DNA of 64,000 nucleotides from Candidatus Moraniibacteriota bacterium (GCA_963743885.1 CAVURJ010000002.1:36721-100720), one strand, 5' to 3'. Counted from the first letter of the stretch, positions 29,688 to 38,388 are shown. Notes: generated by a model from the sequence alone, not told the origin. A program made the numbers and translations.

Positions 29688-29740
29688 TTTGGCGAGTTAA
29701 CGAGTTGAAAAACCCGTGAACCCGTTAACGCGTTAACGGA
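29688..29740. repeat. GTTAACG-module palindromic repeat (atpD|atpC junction)
   Basis: gGTTAACGAGTTtggcgaGTTAACGAGTTgaaaaacccgtgaacccGTTAACGCGTTAACGg. Confidence 0.6.
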
Positions 29741-29746
29741 TCAACA

Positions 29747-30196
29747 ATGAAATCCATGAATATAAAGTTCAAAATCGTCACTCCAGAACGTACCGTGGTA
29801 GAACAGGAAGTCTACCAAGCGACTCTTCCGGTCGAGGATGGCGAAGTGACCATCTTGCCTGAGCATGTGCCATATGTCGGCGCGCTCAAGGCTGGTGAGA
29901 TTATGCTTCGCCGTGAGATGAATGGCGAGCCGGAGAGCCTGGCGACGTCAGGTGGCTTCGTCGAATTCCATGACAATACGATGGTGATTCTCGCTGATAC
30001 AGCTGAGCGGGCCGAGGAGATTGACCTCGAGCGGGCTGAAGCAGCACGTAAGCGGGCCGAGGAACTGAAGGAAGAGCGTATCCATATGGACGATGAGGAA
30101 TATGCTCGTACAGCGGCGCTTATTGAGAAAGAGATGGCGCGCGTGAGAGTAGCCAAGAAGCATCATAGCCGGCACGGAGTCTCTCTCGGAGAATAG
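29747..30196 (+). CDS. atpC: F0F1 ATP synthase subunit epsilon
   Basis: 'FKIVTPERTVVEQEVYQATLPVEDGEVTILPEHVPYVGALKAGEI' beta-sandwich N-domain followed by a helical C-terminus. Confidence 0.85.
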   Translation: MKSMNIKFKIVTPERTVVEQEVYQATLPVEDGEVTILPEHVPYVGALKAGEIMLRREMNGEPESLATSGGFVEFHDNTMVILADTAERAEEIDLERAEAARKRAEELKEERIHMDDEEYARTAALIEKEMARVRVAKKHHSRHGVSLGE

Positions 30197-30214
30197 ATCT
30201 TGTAGCTTCAGAAA

Positions 30215-30255
30215 AGAAAAAAGCGCGTCCATGAGGCTTCAATGGGCGCGCTTTG
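30215..30255. terminator. Bidirectional intrinsic terminator (end of atp operon / convergent minus gene)
   Basis: aaaaaagcgcgtccat...atgggcgcgcttt: A-run + 7-bp GC stem + T-run. Confidence 0.7.
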
Positions 30256-30263
30256 GGTGTCCG

Positions 30264-30968
30264 CTATCTTCGTACGTGTGATTGTGTGGAGATGGCTCCT
30301 TCCGCATATATCGGGGCGCTATCTGGGTCGTCGGCGGCCTGTCTGATGCGTTCGAGGATGTTTCGGATGCGAGTCGAAGACTGTTTCCATATCCGGAAAA
30401 GCTCCTTCGTCTCGCTAGTGGAACGGAATTCCTCGAATTCTTTGATGAGGGCGGCCGCTTGTTCTGGTGAGGGGATGGTAGCGTCATTGCTGATGCTGAG
30501 ATAGCGTGCGAGATCAGTTGAGCCACTGAAGGCCTCGAGAGCTTTTTCTTGTATGGCTCCATGGAGGATACCGTAGAGAAAGAAATCCTGCGGATGGCGG
30601 TGGCCGTTCTTTTCAGCCATCTTGGCGAGGACGCATGCTAGCGCGTAGGTTTCGGTGGCATTTTTGTAAGCGGCGGCACGATGATCGTGTGGAGCTTCTT
30701 CGATGTGGGTGATTGCTTTGAGAACGCCATCGAATCCGAGGATATTGATGATGCTTTGGACTGAGTGTGGCCGCTTGAGAAGGCGGCTTCCAGAATCTTG
30801 GCAGATCTTGACAGCCTTCTCGAAGAGCAGAGCGACCGCTAACGGTTGGAGAACGAGAAGTTCTGCCAGGTCTTTGAATGACACATCCCTGGTGATGTCA
30901 TCGATCATCTTATGAAGGTTGTTGGCGAATCCTTTGGTGACATACGCTTTTTTCCCGTCTTGCAGCAT
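30264..30968 (-). CDS. Hypothetical protein, 234 aa; possibly an HDOD/HD-related signalling domain (weak)
   Basis: Strong RBS AAGGAG 6 nt before the ATG and a consensus promoter upstream. Helical protein with 'THIEEAPHDH' and 'YKNATETYALACVLAKMAE'. Family assignment is uncertain. Confidence 0.55.
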   Translation of the reverse strand: MLQDGKKAYVTKGFANNLHKMIDDITRDVSFKDLAELLVLQPLAVALLFEKAVKICQDSGSRLLKRPHSVQSIINILGFDGVLKAITHIEEAPHDHRAAAYKNATETYALACVLAKMAEKNGHRHPQDFFLYGILHGAIQEKALEAFSGSTDLARYLSISNDATIPSPEQAAALIKEFEEFRSTSETKELFRIWKQSSTRIRNILERIRQAADDPDSAPIYAEGAISTQSHVRR

Positions 30969-31018
30969 GATGATCTCCTTGTAGATGTTGCGGAAAAAAT
31001 ATTGTCAAACAACAGCGT

Positions 31019-31047
31019 ATTATACATCCATTGTATTTAAAAGTCAA
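31019..31047 (-). promoter_or_regulatory. Consensus promoter TTGACT-17-TATAAT (minus strand) for the 30264-30968 gene
   Basis: Minus-strand -10 TATAAT = plus 31019-31024. -35 TTGACT = plus 31042-31047. 17-nt spacer. Confidence 0.65.
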
Positions 31048-31238
31048 GCATAGTTTCTTGAAAAAAAGCCTCATTTCCGGTAGAGTGGGTAGGTGATACA
31101 TGATTCTACCCCTATGCCCGGTAGTAGAACTTCGACCGGGTATTGGAATCCTTATTATAAAGCATGATTTCGGAGAGTAAACATTAATGGAGGCTTTCTC
31201 AGTTTTTAAAAAGAATTGTCGAAGTTTCACTACCGGGT

Positions 31239-34145
31239 ATGGCTCAAAAAAACTACAATCCGAAGGCAATCGAGGCGAAGTGGCAGAAGTATTGGGAGAA
31301 GCATGGTACGTATCGTCAGTATAGCCGCAAGCAGGGCTTCTATGTGCTCGATATGTTCCCGTATCCGTCGGGAGCAGGACTCCATGTCGGTCATCCGCGC
31401 GGATATATTGCGACGGATGTTGTGGCGCGCTTCAAGCAGCTTGAGGGTTGCGGTGTGCTCCATCCGATGGGATGGGACGCGTTCGGGTTGCCAGCTGAAC
31501 AGTATGCTCTCAAGAACAAGGTGCATCCGTCGATCGCGACCAAGAAGAATGTCGCGACGTTCAAGAAGCAATTGGAGAAGATCGGTCTCACCTATGATTG
31601 GGAGCGCGAGATCAATACGACCGATCCGGAATATTATAAGTGGACACAGTGGATCTTCCTAGAGATGTGGAAGCGGGGCTTGGCATACGAATCGAACGAA
31701 CCGATCAATTGGTGCCCGTCATGCAAGACCGGTCTTGCCAATGAGGATTTGGAGCAGGGGAAGTGCGAGCGTTGCGGGACAGTCGTCGAGAAGCGGCCAC
31801 TCCGCCAGTGGGTGCTTGCCATGACCAAGTATGCTGACCGGTTGCTCAAGGATCTCGATAGTAAGGACCTTGATTGGAGCGAGTCGATCAAGGAACAGCA
31901 GCGTAATTGGATCGGACGGAGCGAAGGTGCTGAGGTTGCCTTTCCGATTGTCGGGACCGAAGAAGAGCTCCGCGTGTATACAACGCGCGTCGATACGATT
32001 TTCGGGTGTACGTACGTCGTGGTCGCGCCTGAGCATTCTTTGCTGAAGAATCAAGAATCAAGAATCAAGAATCAAGAGGAAGTCAGAAAGTATATAAAGA
32101 AGGCGGCGAACAAGTCTGATCTTGAGAGGACGGAACTGGCGAAAGAGAAGACCGGCGTGAAGCTCGAGGGTGTCGAGGCGATCAACCCATTCGATGGGGC
32201 GAAGGTCCCGGTGTATGTCGCGGACTATGTGCTCGGTTCCTACGGTACAGGCGCGGTGATGGCGGTCCCGGCGCATGATGAGCGCGATTTTGAGTTTGCG
32301 AAGAAATATAGTTTGCCGATCAAGCTTTCAGTGGCGCCGTTTTTTTCTGACACAGAAGGTAAAGATGCTGTACGAAAAGACAAGCCGACGGTGCGACGGC
32401 GGACCGCTTATGCGCTCGTCAAGCATTGGAGCGAGGACAAATATATTTGCCTGGATTGGGAGAAATTCGGATGGCATTCGGGGATCATCGGTGGCATCGA
32501 AGAAGGCGAGGACCCGATTGTGGCGGCTTCTCGTGAAATTATAGAAGAGACTGGCTATCAGAATCCGGTATTTGTAAAGTATATCGGGGAAGCGATGCAC
32601 AATTATTTTTATGCCGCTCACAAGGAAGTGAACCGTTATGCGGATGGTGTTGGGATGCTGTTTCAATTGAAGAACGGTAAATGGAACGAGCCAGACAAAG
32701 AAGAAACAAAAAACCATAAGGCAGTCTGGATTTCTGGCGACGAGATGACATCATTCCTTACACTGAGAAACTTCCAATATATGTGGGAAGTCTTGAAAAA
32801 GGGAGAGGAGTGCTATACAGAAGACGGGGTACTCATCGATTCTGGAGAGTTCACTGGGCTTGCGTCGGCAGAGGCAAGGAAGAAGATGACAGCATGGCTC
32901 TCGAAGGAGAAACTTGGCAAGAAGAAGGTGAACTACAAGATGCGTGATTGGACGTTTAGTCGGCAGCGCTATTGGGGCGAGCCGATCCCGCTCGTACATT
33001 GTGAGTTCTGTGGCATCGTGCCGGTGCCGGAGAAAGACCTTCCGCTTCTTCTTCCAAAGGTGAAGTCGTATGAGCCGACCGATACGGGCGAATCGCCGCT
33101 TGCGGCTATCTCGAAGTGGGTGAATACCAAGTGCCCGCAGTGCAAGGGGCCGGCCAAGCGCGAGACCAATACCATGCCGCAGTGGGCGGGTTCGAGCTGG
33201 TACTATCTTCGCTATATCGATCCGAAGAACAAGAAGGCTCTTGTCGACAAGAAGAAGGAGCAGAAGATGATGCCGGTTGATCTCTATGTCGGCGGGACGG
33301 AGCATGCGACAAGACACCTTCTCTATGCACGTTTTTGGCACAAGTTCCTCTATGATATCAAGATCGTCTCTGGCAAGGAGCCGTTCAAGAAGCTCGTGAA
33401 CCAGGGGCTTATCGTGGCATCTGATGGCCGTAAGATGAGCAAGCGCTGGGGCAACGTGGTCAATCCAGACGATATGATCGCAGAGTTCGGGGCGGACGCA
33501 TTCCGTACCTATGAGATGTTCATGGGGCCTTTTACACAGTCGATTGCCTGGAATACCGAAGGTCTTGTCGGGACGCGGCGGTTCCTTGAGAAAGTCTGGA
33601 GACTTTCTCAGAAAACAGTTAACAGTCAACAATCAACGGGGAATAAGAATATTGAGACGTTGCTTCATAAGACAATCAAGAGCGTGACAGAAGATATTGA
33701 AGGATTCAAGTTCAATACAGCGATTAGTTCGCTCATGATTCTTGTGAACGCCCTCGAAAAAGAGCCAGAAATATCACTCATCACTTATCGGACATCTCTT
33801 ATCCTCTTAAGTCCGTTCGCCCCGCATATCGCGGAAGAGCTGTGGTCGCAATTGAAGAATCACCCTTCGACAGGCTCAGGGTCATCCAAAACGGAAGAGA
33901 AATCAATATTCCTTGCTGAGTGGCCGAAGTGGGACAAGAAGAAAATCGTTGAGGAGACGGTGAATGTCGCCGTACAGGTGAATGGTAAGGTGCGCGCTGT
34001 GATCGCGGTCGCCGCTGGAAGCGATGAGGCTGCTGTGAAGGCGCAGGCGCTCGCCGATGCGAACGTACAGACACATATCGCCGGTAAGAACGTCCGTAAG
34101 GTAATCTACGTTCCTGGACGAATCTTCAATATCGTTGTGGGATAA
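31239..34145 (+). CDS. leuS: Leucyl-tRNA synthetase carrying an in-frame inserted NUDIX hydrolase domain
   Basis: 'PYPSGAGLHVGHPRGY' HIGH region, 'TTRVDTIFGCTYVVVAPEH' editing-domain T-rich region, 'KMSKRWGNVV' KMSKS. About 163 aa inserted between 'YSLPIKLSV' and 'DGVLIDSGEFTGL' contains a perfect Nudix box 'GGIEEGEDPIVAASREIIEETGY'. Confidence 0.9.
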   Translation: MAQKNYNPKAIEAKWQKYWEKHGTYRQYSRKQGFYVLDMFPYPSGAGLHVGHPRGYIATDVVARFKQLEGCGVLHPMGWDAFGLPAEQYALKNKVHPSIATKKNVATFKKQLEKIGLTYDWEREINTTDPEYYKWTQWIFLEMWKRGLAYESNEPINWCPSCKTGLANEDLEQGKCERCGTVVEKRPLRQWVLAMTKYADRLLKDLDSKDLDWSESIKEQQRNWIGRSEGAEVAFPIVGTEEELRVYTTRVDTIFGCTYVVVAPEHSLLKNQESRIKNQEEVRKYIKKAANKSDLERTELAKEKTGVKLEGVEAINPFDGAKVPVYVADYVLGSYGTGAVMAVPAHDERDFEFAKKYSLPIKLSVAPFFSDTEGKDAVRKDKPTVRRRTAYALVKHWSEDKYICLDWEKFGWHSGIIGGIEEGEDPIVAASREIIEETGYQNPVFVKYIGEAMHNYFYAAHKEVNRYADGVGMLFQLKNGKWNEPDKEETKNHKAVWISGDEMTSFLTLRNFQYMWEVLKKGEECYTEDGVLIDSGEFTGLASAEARKKMTAWLSKEKLGKKKVNYKMRDWTFSRQRYWGEPIPLVHCEFCGIVPVPEKDLPLLLPKVKSYEPTDTGESPLAAISKWVNTKCPQCKGPAKRETNTMPQWAGSSWYYLRYIDPKNKKALVDKKKEQKMMPVDLYVGGTEHATRHLLYARFWHKFLYDIKIVSGKEPFKKLVNQGLIVASDGRKMSKRWGNVVNPDDMIAEFGADAFRTYEMFMGPFTQSIAWNTEGLVGTRRFLEKVWRLSQKTVNSQQSTGNKNIETLLHKTIKSVTEDIEGFKFNTAISSLMILVNALEKEPEISLITYRTSLILLSPFAPHIAEELWSQLKNHPSTGSGSSKTEEKSIFLAEWPKWDKKKIVEETVNVAVQVNGKVRAVIAVAAGSDEAAVKAQALADANVQTHIAGKNVRKVIYVPGRIFNIVVG

Positions 34146-34204
34146 AGCAATCATCTATCAGTATAGAAAATACCAGGTATGTACTTGGTATTTTTTATGT
34201 TCTA

Positions 34205-34240
34205 AAAAAGAAATGCCCCGGCGCGGTTGTGCGTCGGGGC
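34205..34240 (-). terminator. Terminator module AAAAAAGAAATGCCCCGGCGCGGTTG...CGGGGC (minus-strand orientation)
   Basis: gccccg...cggggc hairpin with a T-run on minus. Near-identical to the module at 27836-27878. Confidence 0.55.
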
Positions 34241-34262
34241 TGGTCGTGGCTTCGAAGGCCGG

Positions 34263-34622
34263 TCACTCTTGTTTCGGGCACTCGGTCACGATGGTGTCCT
34301 CGATGAGGGAGACGGCTACTGCCGAGAATCTGGCTGTCTTGTAGCTCGGTTCTGCCATGACCTTTTGTTCTACATCACGCAGCATGTCGGCTTTGAACGG
34401 CTGGTTGCAAAGCGTAATGGTCGCATTGCCGAAACCGAAGTTGCTGTTGTTATCCTTCAGCATGTAGCTGACAAGATAGGTGTGCTTGTGCAGCTCGATT
34501 GGCTTGCTGGTCGCTGCTGGTTTTGAACTAAGGAAGAACATGAATGCCATGCCGGCTATGAGGTAGGTAATCGCGATTGCCCAAAGCGCGACATGAGTTG
34601 TTTCAACCTTTTTTGATTCCAC
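34263..34622 (-). CDS. Small membrane-anchored hypothetical protein, 119 aa (GTG start)
   Basis: AAGGAG 7 nt upstream of GTG. N-terminal TM 'VALWAIAITYLIAGMAFMFFL'. Shared terminator module downstream. The longer ORF-track version lacks an RBS. Confidence 0.5.
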   Translation of the reverse strand: MESKKVETTHVALWAIAITYLIAGMAFMFFLSSKPAATSKPIELHKHTYLVSYMLKDNNSNFGFGNATITLCNQPFKADMLRDVEQKVMAEPSYKTARFSAVAVSLIEDTIVTECPKQE

Positions 34623-34799
34623 GATGAATCTCCTTGTGAAGTGTGGGGCCGAACAGAATTGGTAAATCAACAACATTCTATGGTAGCACAAAAACATGAA
34701 AAAGTCAATGGCGGTGGATTGGAAATATTCTAAAAATGGCTTGAAATAGCGGAAATGGTATACTAGAAGTATAAAAGATTCTTTTAGGATTTCCTTGTT

Positions 34800-35444
34800 A
34801 TGAAGATTTTCCTTGATTTTGATCGGACGCTCTTTGATCTCGATGCGTTCCATAAGGAAGCGCGCGAGACCTTAGAGGGGCAAGGGCTTCCAGAAGGGGC
34901 GTACCTCGCTTCGAAGCAGCCGTTCTCGACGGCGAGCGGTATGCCTGGCGGGTCATATACGCCGGAGCGGCACGAAGCCGAGCTCAAGAGGTTGTTTCCT
35001 GGAAACGGATCGTCCCTCGCTTCTTTCGTGCGCGGGCTCAATAGGGATGGGCGGCGGTTTGTGTTCCCTGGCGCGGAGGATTTTCTCCGTGAGATAGCGG
35101 AGCACGAGTTGATCATTCTTACCTTCGGCAACGATGAGTATCAGCGGTACAAGATTGCTGGCAGCGGATTGGAAGGCTTGGTCGATCGGATCATCGTGAC
35201 GGACGAGGATAAGTGGGCGGCTATGCGTGCAGAGCTCTCTTTCGGCGAGGAGGCAATCTTCGTGGATGACCACGGTGGATATTTCTTAGAAAAGCCGGAG
35301 GATATCCCGGTTTGCGGCATACACCTGGTGCGCGCCGGCCAGGAAGATTGTGGGAACTGCCTCGCGCATACGCATGTCAGTGATCTCGCTGAGACCTTGC
35401 AGACCATACGAAAGTATCCTCTCAAACAAGCGGATATCCGATAG
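34800..35444 (+). CDS. HAD-superfamily hydrolase
   Basis: Motif I 'FLDFDRTLFD' (DxDxT), motif III/IV region 'FVDDHGG'. 214 aa. Confidence 0.65.
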   Translation: MKIFLDFDRTLFDLDAFHKEARETLEGQGLPEGAYLASKQPFSTASGMPGGSYTPERHEAELKRLFPGNGSSLASFVRGLNRDGRRFVFPGAEDFLREIAEHELIILTFGNDEYQRYKIAGSGLEGLVDRIIVTDEDKWAAMRAELSFGEEAIFVDDHGGYFLEKPEDIPVCGIHLVRAGQEDCGNCLAHTHVSDLAETLQTIRKYPLKQADIR

Positions 35445-35525
35445 GAATTTTCAGGCTGGAGCCAGGGTAGAATGAAATCCGTTTTCGCGGTAGAATGGGT
35501 TGGTAATGGCTATACGGAAAACAGC

Positions 35526-36197
35526 ATGAAAACGACTATTCCCCAGTATCTCCCGCTTGATAAGCCGCTCATTATCTTTGACCTCGAGACGACCGGACTG
35601 GCTGCTGGCGAGGATAAAATCATTGAGCTTGCGTATGAGAAGATTCTGCCGGATGGCGAGATCATTGCATACTGCCAGCGCATCAACCCAGGGCGGCCGA
35701 TTCCTCCGGAGTCGAGCCAGGTGAACGGCATCTACGACAAGGATGTTGCTCTCGCTCCGAGCTTTGCGACGCTCTGCTATGAGCTCTGGAATATGTTCGA
35801 TGGTTCCGATGTTGGCGGCTTCAATGTAACCGGATTTGATCTTCCGTTCTTGCGCGGCGAGTTCGCGACGGTCGGGAAGAACTTCGATTTTTCGCAGAAG
35901 AAGGTGCTTGATGCGAAGATCCTCTATCACAAGATGTCGGCGCGTGACATGTTCGCGCCGAGGAACCTCAGTGCGGCGTACAAGCTCTATTGTGGCAAGG
36001 AACATGTGACAGCGCATACGGGTGCTGGTGACGTGCGGGTGACGGTCGAGATCCTGGAGAAGCAGCTTGAGAAGTATCCGGAGTTCCGCAGCTGGGATTA
36101 CATCGCCGAGCTCCATGGCAACAAGAAGCTCCTCGAGTCGGCTAAGACGGAGCATGCGCCTTTGGTGGAGAAGGGAATGCTAGGCACGTTGTTTTGA
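35526..36197 (+). CDS. DnaQ-like 3'-5' exonuclease (DEDDh family)
   Basis: Exo I 'LIIFDLETTGL', Exo II 'GFNVTGFDLPFL', Exo III 'HTGAGDVRVTVEIL'. Start chosen at ATG 35526, 16 aa before Exo I. The ORF track's 35472 is an alternative. Confidence 0.75.
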   Translation: MKTTIPQYLPLDKPLIIFDLETTGLAAGEDKIIELAYEKILPDGEIIAYCQRINPGRPIPPESSQVNGIYDKDVALAPSFATLCYELWNMFDGSDVGGFNVTGFDLPFLRGEFATVGKNFDFSQKKVLDAKILYHKMSARDMFAPRNLSAAYKLYCGKEHVTAHTGAGDVRVTVEILEKQLEKYPEFRSWDYIAELHGNKKLLESAKTEHAPLVEKGMLGTLF

Positions 36198-36198
36198 A

Positions 36199-36321
36199 GT
36201 TCAAAATTCAAAATAACAAGCTCCAAATAAATTCAAAAACATAATTTTCAAAACGTGAGATCTTATTTTGATTTTGATATTATGATTTATTTGGAAATTG
36301 AGATTTTGAATTTGTAATTTG
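36199..36321. repeat. Interspersed inverted-repeat element, copy D
   Basis: GTTCAAAATTCAAAATAACAAGCTCCAAATAAATTC ... GATTTATTTGGAAATTGAGATTTTGAATTTGTAATTTG. Ends 9 nt before the uppP ATG. Confidence 0.8.
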
Positions 36322-36329
36322 TCTCTCTT

Positions 36330-37097
36330 ATGGATTTTTTCCAAGCGATCATTCTGGGCGTAGTGGAGGGTCTGACAGAATTCCTGCCAGTGTCTTCGAC
36401 AGGGCATCTGATTCTCGCATCGGAACTCTTCCGCATTCCGGAGACAGAATTCCTCAAATCGTTTGAGGTGATCATTCAGCTCGGAGCGATCCTGGCTGTT
36501 GTCGTGCTGTATTGGAGGAAGCTCTTGCTTGACCGCGCAGTCATGGAGTGTATCGCGGTAGCGATCGTACCGGCGCTCGGCGTTGGCTATCTCTTTTATG
36601 CGTCGATCCGGCGGATGCTCGGGTCTGAGACCGTCGTGCTCTGGTCGCTCTTTTTGGGTGGCATCGCCATTATTCTCATCGAGCATTTTCGGAAAGGGAG
36701 AGAGGGGAAGGTTGGAGAAGTGGCTGAGATGAGCTATAAAACGGCGTTTTTCGTCGGGTTGTTTCAGGCGCTTTCGGTGATTCCCGGCGTCTCGCGCGCC
36801 GGAGCGACGATCATGGGCGGGCTTTTGCTTGGAGTGAAGCGGACGGCGATTGTTGAATTCTCGTTCTTGCTTGCGGTGCCGACGATGGTCGCGGCGACTG
36901 GGTATGATCTCTTGAAGCATGGGGCGAGTTTTTCTCGCGATGATTTCGGTTTGCTTGCTGTTGGATTCCTCGTATCATTCATTGTTGCTATTGCAGCGAT
37001 ACGGTTTTTCTTGCGTTTCGTCGGCACGCATACGTTTGTCGCTTTCGGCATCTATCGGATTGTTGCGGCAGTTTTGTTTTTCCTATTTATTCTTTGA
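36330..37097 (+). CDS. uppP: Undecaprenyl-diphosphatase
   Basis: 'GVVEGLTEFLPVSSTGHLIL' N-terminal BacA/UppP motif and 'PGVSRAGATI' second motif. Multi-TM. Confidence 0.85.
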   Translation: MDFFQAIILGVVEGLTEFLPVSSTGHLILASELFRIPETEFLKSFEVIIQLGAILAVVVLYWRKLLLDRAVMECIAVAIVPALGVGYLFYASIRRMLGSETVVLWSLFLGGIAIILIEHFRKGREGKVGEVAEMSYKTAFFVGLFQALSVIPGVSRAGATIMGGLLLGVKRTAIVEFSFLLAVPTMVAATGYDLLKHGASFSRDDFGLLAVGFLVSFIVAIAAIRFFLRFVGTHTFVAFGIYRIVAAVLFFLFIL

Positions 37098-37102
37098 GGC
37101 TT

Positions 37103-37180
37103 GTCATCCTGAGCGAAGCGAAGGATCTCGTTTTGAGATGTTGCTTCGGGATTCCTCGTTACGCTCGGAATGACATGAAA
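37103..37180. repeat. Imperfect long inverted repeat / hairpin between uppP and folD
   Basis: TTGTCATCCTGAGCGAAGCGAAGGATC ... GATTCCTCGTTACGCTCGGAATGACATG. The arms are partially complementary. Function unknown. Confidence 0.4.
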
Positions 37181-37185
37181 CACTT

Positions 37186-38025
37186 ATGACACTACTGTAC
37201 GGAAAACCGGTGGCGGAGAAGATTATGGCGGATACGAAGACGCGTATCGGTGAATCAGGTGTTGTGCCAGGGCTCGCGGTGATCCTGGTGGGGGATGATG
37301 CACCGTCGCACCTGTATGTCGGACTCAAGGAAAAGGCAGCTGCCGAGGTCGGCGTGCGTTTTGAGAAATTCCTCTTTCCGGAGGCGACTGATGTGCGGGA
37401 AATTTTTCATTGCATAGAGGAACAGAATGCCCGGCCGGATGTGCATGGTATCATCGTGCAGCTGCCGCTGCCTGGCGGGTTTCCGACGGACGAGATCATC
37501 GCACATATCGATCCGAAGAAGGATACAGATGGTTTCCATCAGGAAACGCTCCGGAGATTCCTTTCGGGGAATTTTGATGCTTGCCCAGTGTTTCCACGGG
37601 CGATTATCAGCCTTCTGCGCGCATCCGGACAGGTATTCCATGGAGATAAAGGGTTGGTCATAGCGAATTCGAATATTTTAGGAGAGGTGATGCGACAAGC
37701 ACTTGCGATGGAAGGCCTGTCGGCCGAGTATACGCTTTCTTCGGAACCAAGAGAATCAATTGCGTCGGAAGTCGGAGAGGCGCGTGTCGTCGTGACAGCG
37801 TGTGGTATACCCGGACTCGTGATGGGCGAGATGCTTGGAGAAGATGCGATCGTTATCGATGGAGGCATCTCGAGCGAGGGTGGCAAGGTGGTCGGGGATG
37901 CTGATCAGGAAAGTGTCGGGAAAACAGCTGCGTTTGTCTCGCCGGTGCCGGGTGGCGTGGGGCCGGTGACAGTCGCGACGCTCCTGGCTCGCGTGGCAGA
38001 GGCGGCGACTATGTCGAGTTTGTAA
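37186..38025 (+). CDS. folD: Bifunctional methylenetetrahydrofolate dehydrogenase/cyclohydrolase
   Basis: 'LAVILVGDDAPSHLYVGLKEKAAAEVG' and 'PGGVGPVTVATLL' FolD signatures. Confidence 0.85.
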   Translation: MTLLYGKPVAEKIMADTKTRIGESGVVPGLAVILVGDDAPSHLYVGLKEKAAAEVGVRFEKFLFPEATDVREIFHCIEEQNARPDVHGIIVQLPLPGGFPTDEIIAHIDPKKDTDGFHQETLRRFLSGNFDACPVFPRAIISLLRASGQVFHGDKGLVIANSNILGEVMRQALAMEGLSAEYTLSSEPRESIASEVGEARVVVTACGIPGLVMGEMLGEDAIVIDGGISSEGGKVVGDADQESVGKTAAFVSPVPGGVGPVTVATLLARVAEAATMSSL

Positions 38026-38049
38026 AGTTAAAAGTTCATCAAGTTTATA

Positions 38050-38083
38050 AAGAAAAAAAACAGCGTTAGAGCGCTGTTTTTTC
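38050..38083. terminator. Bidirectional intrinsic terminator
   Basis: aaaaaaaacagcgttagagcgctgttttttc. Can serve folD (+) and tRNA-Leu (-). Confidence 0.75.
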
Positions 38084-38100
38084 TATGGTGCCGGGAGAGA

Positions 38101-38120
38101 CCTGCCTGCCGGCAGGCAGG
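38101..38120. repeat. Perfect 20-bp palindrome CCTGCCTGCCGGCAGGCAGG (3' side of tRNA-Leu)
   Basis: Self-complementary. A near-identical copy CCTGCCTACCGGCAGGCAGG sits at 38245-38264 on the other side of the tRNA. Confidence 0.7.
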
Positions 38121-38140
38121 GACTCGAATTGTTTCTTTTG

Positions 38141-38223
38141 TGGGCGAGGAGAGACTTGAACTCTCACGCTGTTGCCAGCATTGGATTTTGAGTCCAACGT
38201 GTCTACCATTCCACCACTCGCCC
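38141..38223 (-). tRNA. tRNA-Leu (anticodon CAA), class II with long variable arm; CCA not encoded
   Basis: Minus-strand read GGGCGAG..GTGG..TTGGA-CTCAAAA-TCCAA-[16-nt variable arm]-GAGAG-TTCAAGT-CTCTC-CTCGCCC-A. 7/7 acceptor stem, T-loop TTCAAGT, anticodon loop with U33 and A37. 83 nt. Confidence 0.8.
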
Positions 38224-38359
38224 TATTTTTTCCGCGTGTCTACCCCTGCCTACCGGCAGGCAGGATTCCACCCGCCTCGCATCGATAAAAGCGAAGCGAG
38301 TCGAGGCGGGCCATCCCGGCCTTTTTCTTGGCTTGAAGGCACAGGGGAAGCATAGGAAA

Positions 38360-38388
38360 TTGATAAGAGCCTGTCAATGGGCTATACT
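38360..38388 (+). promoter_or_regulatory. Promoter TTGATA-17-TATACT upstream of parA
   Basis: -35 38360-38365, 17-nt spacer, -10 38383-38388. Confidence 0.5.

Noticed and set aside
30264-30968. Confident assignment of the 234-aa minus-strand protein as an HD-domain phosphohydrolase
   Set aside because: Only a loose H-x5-HD string is present, without the downstream conserved His/Asp set of HD domains. Left as hypothetical with a possible HDOD-like fold.
31060-31238. T-box riboswitch upstream of leuS
   Set aside because: No T-box consensus (AATTAGGGTGGNACCGCG) or recognisable specifier-loop/antiterminator architecture; kept only as a generic structured-leader observation.
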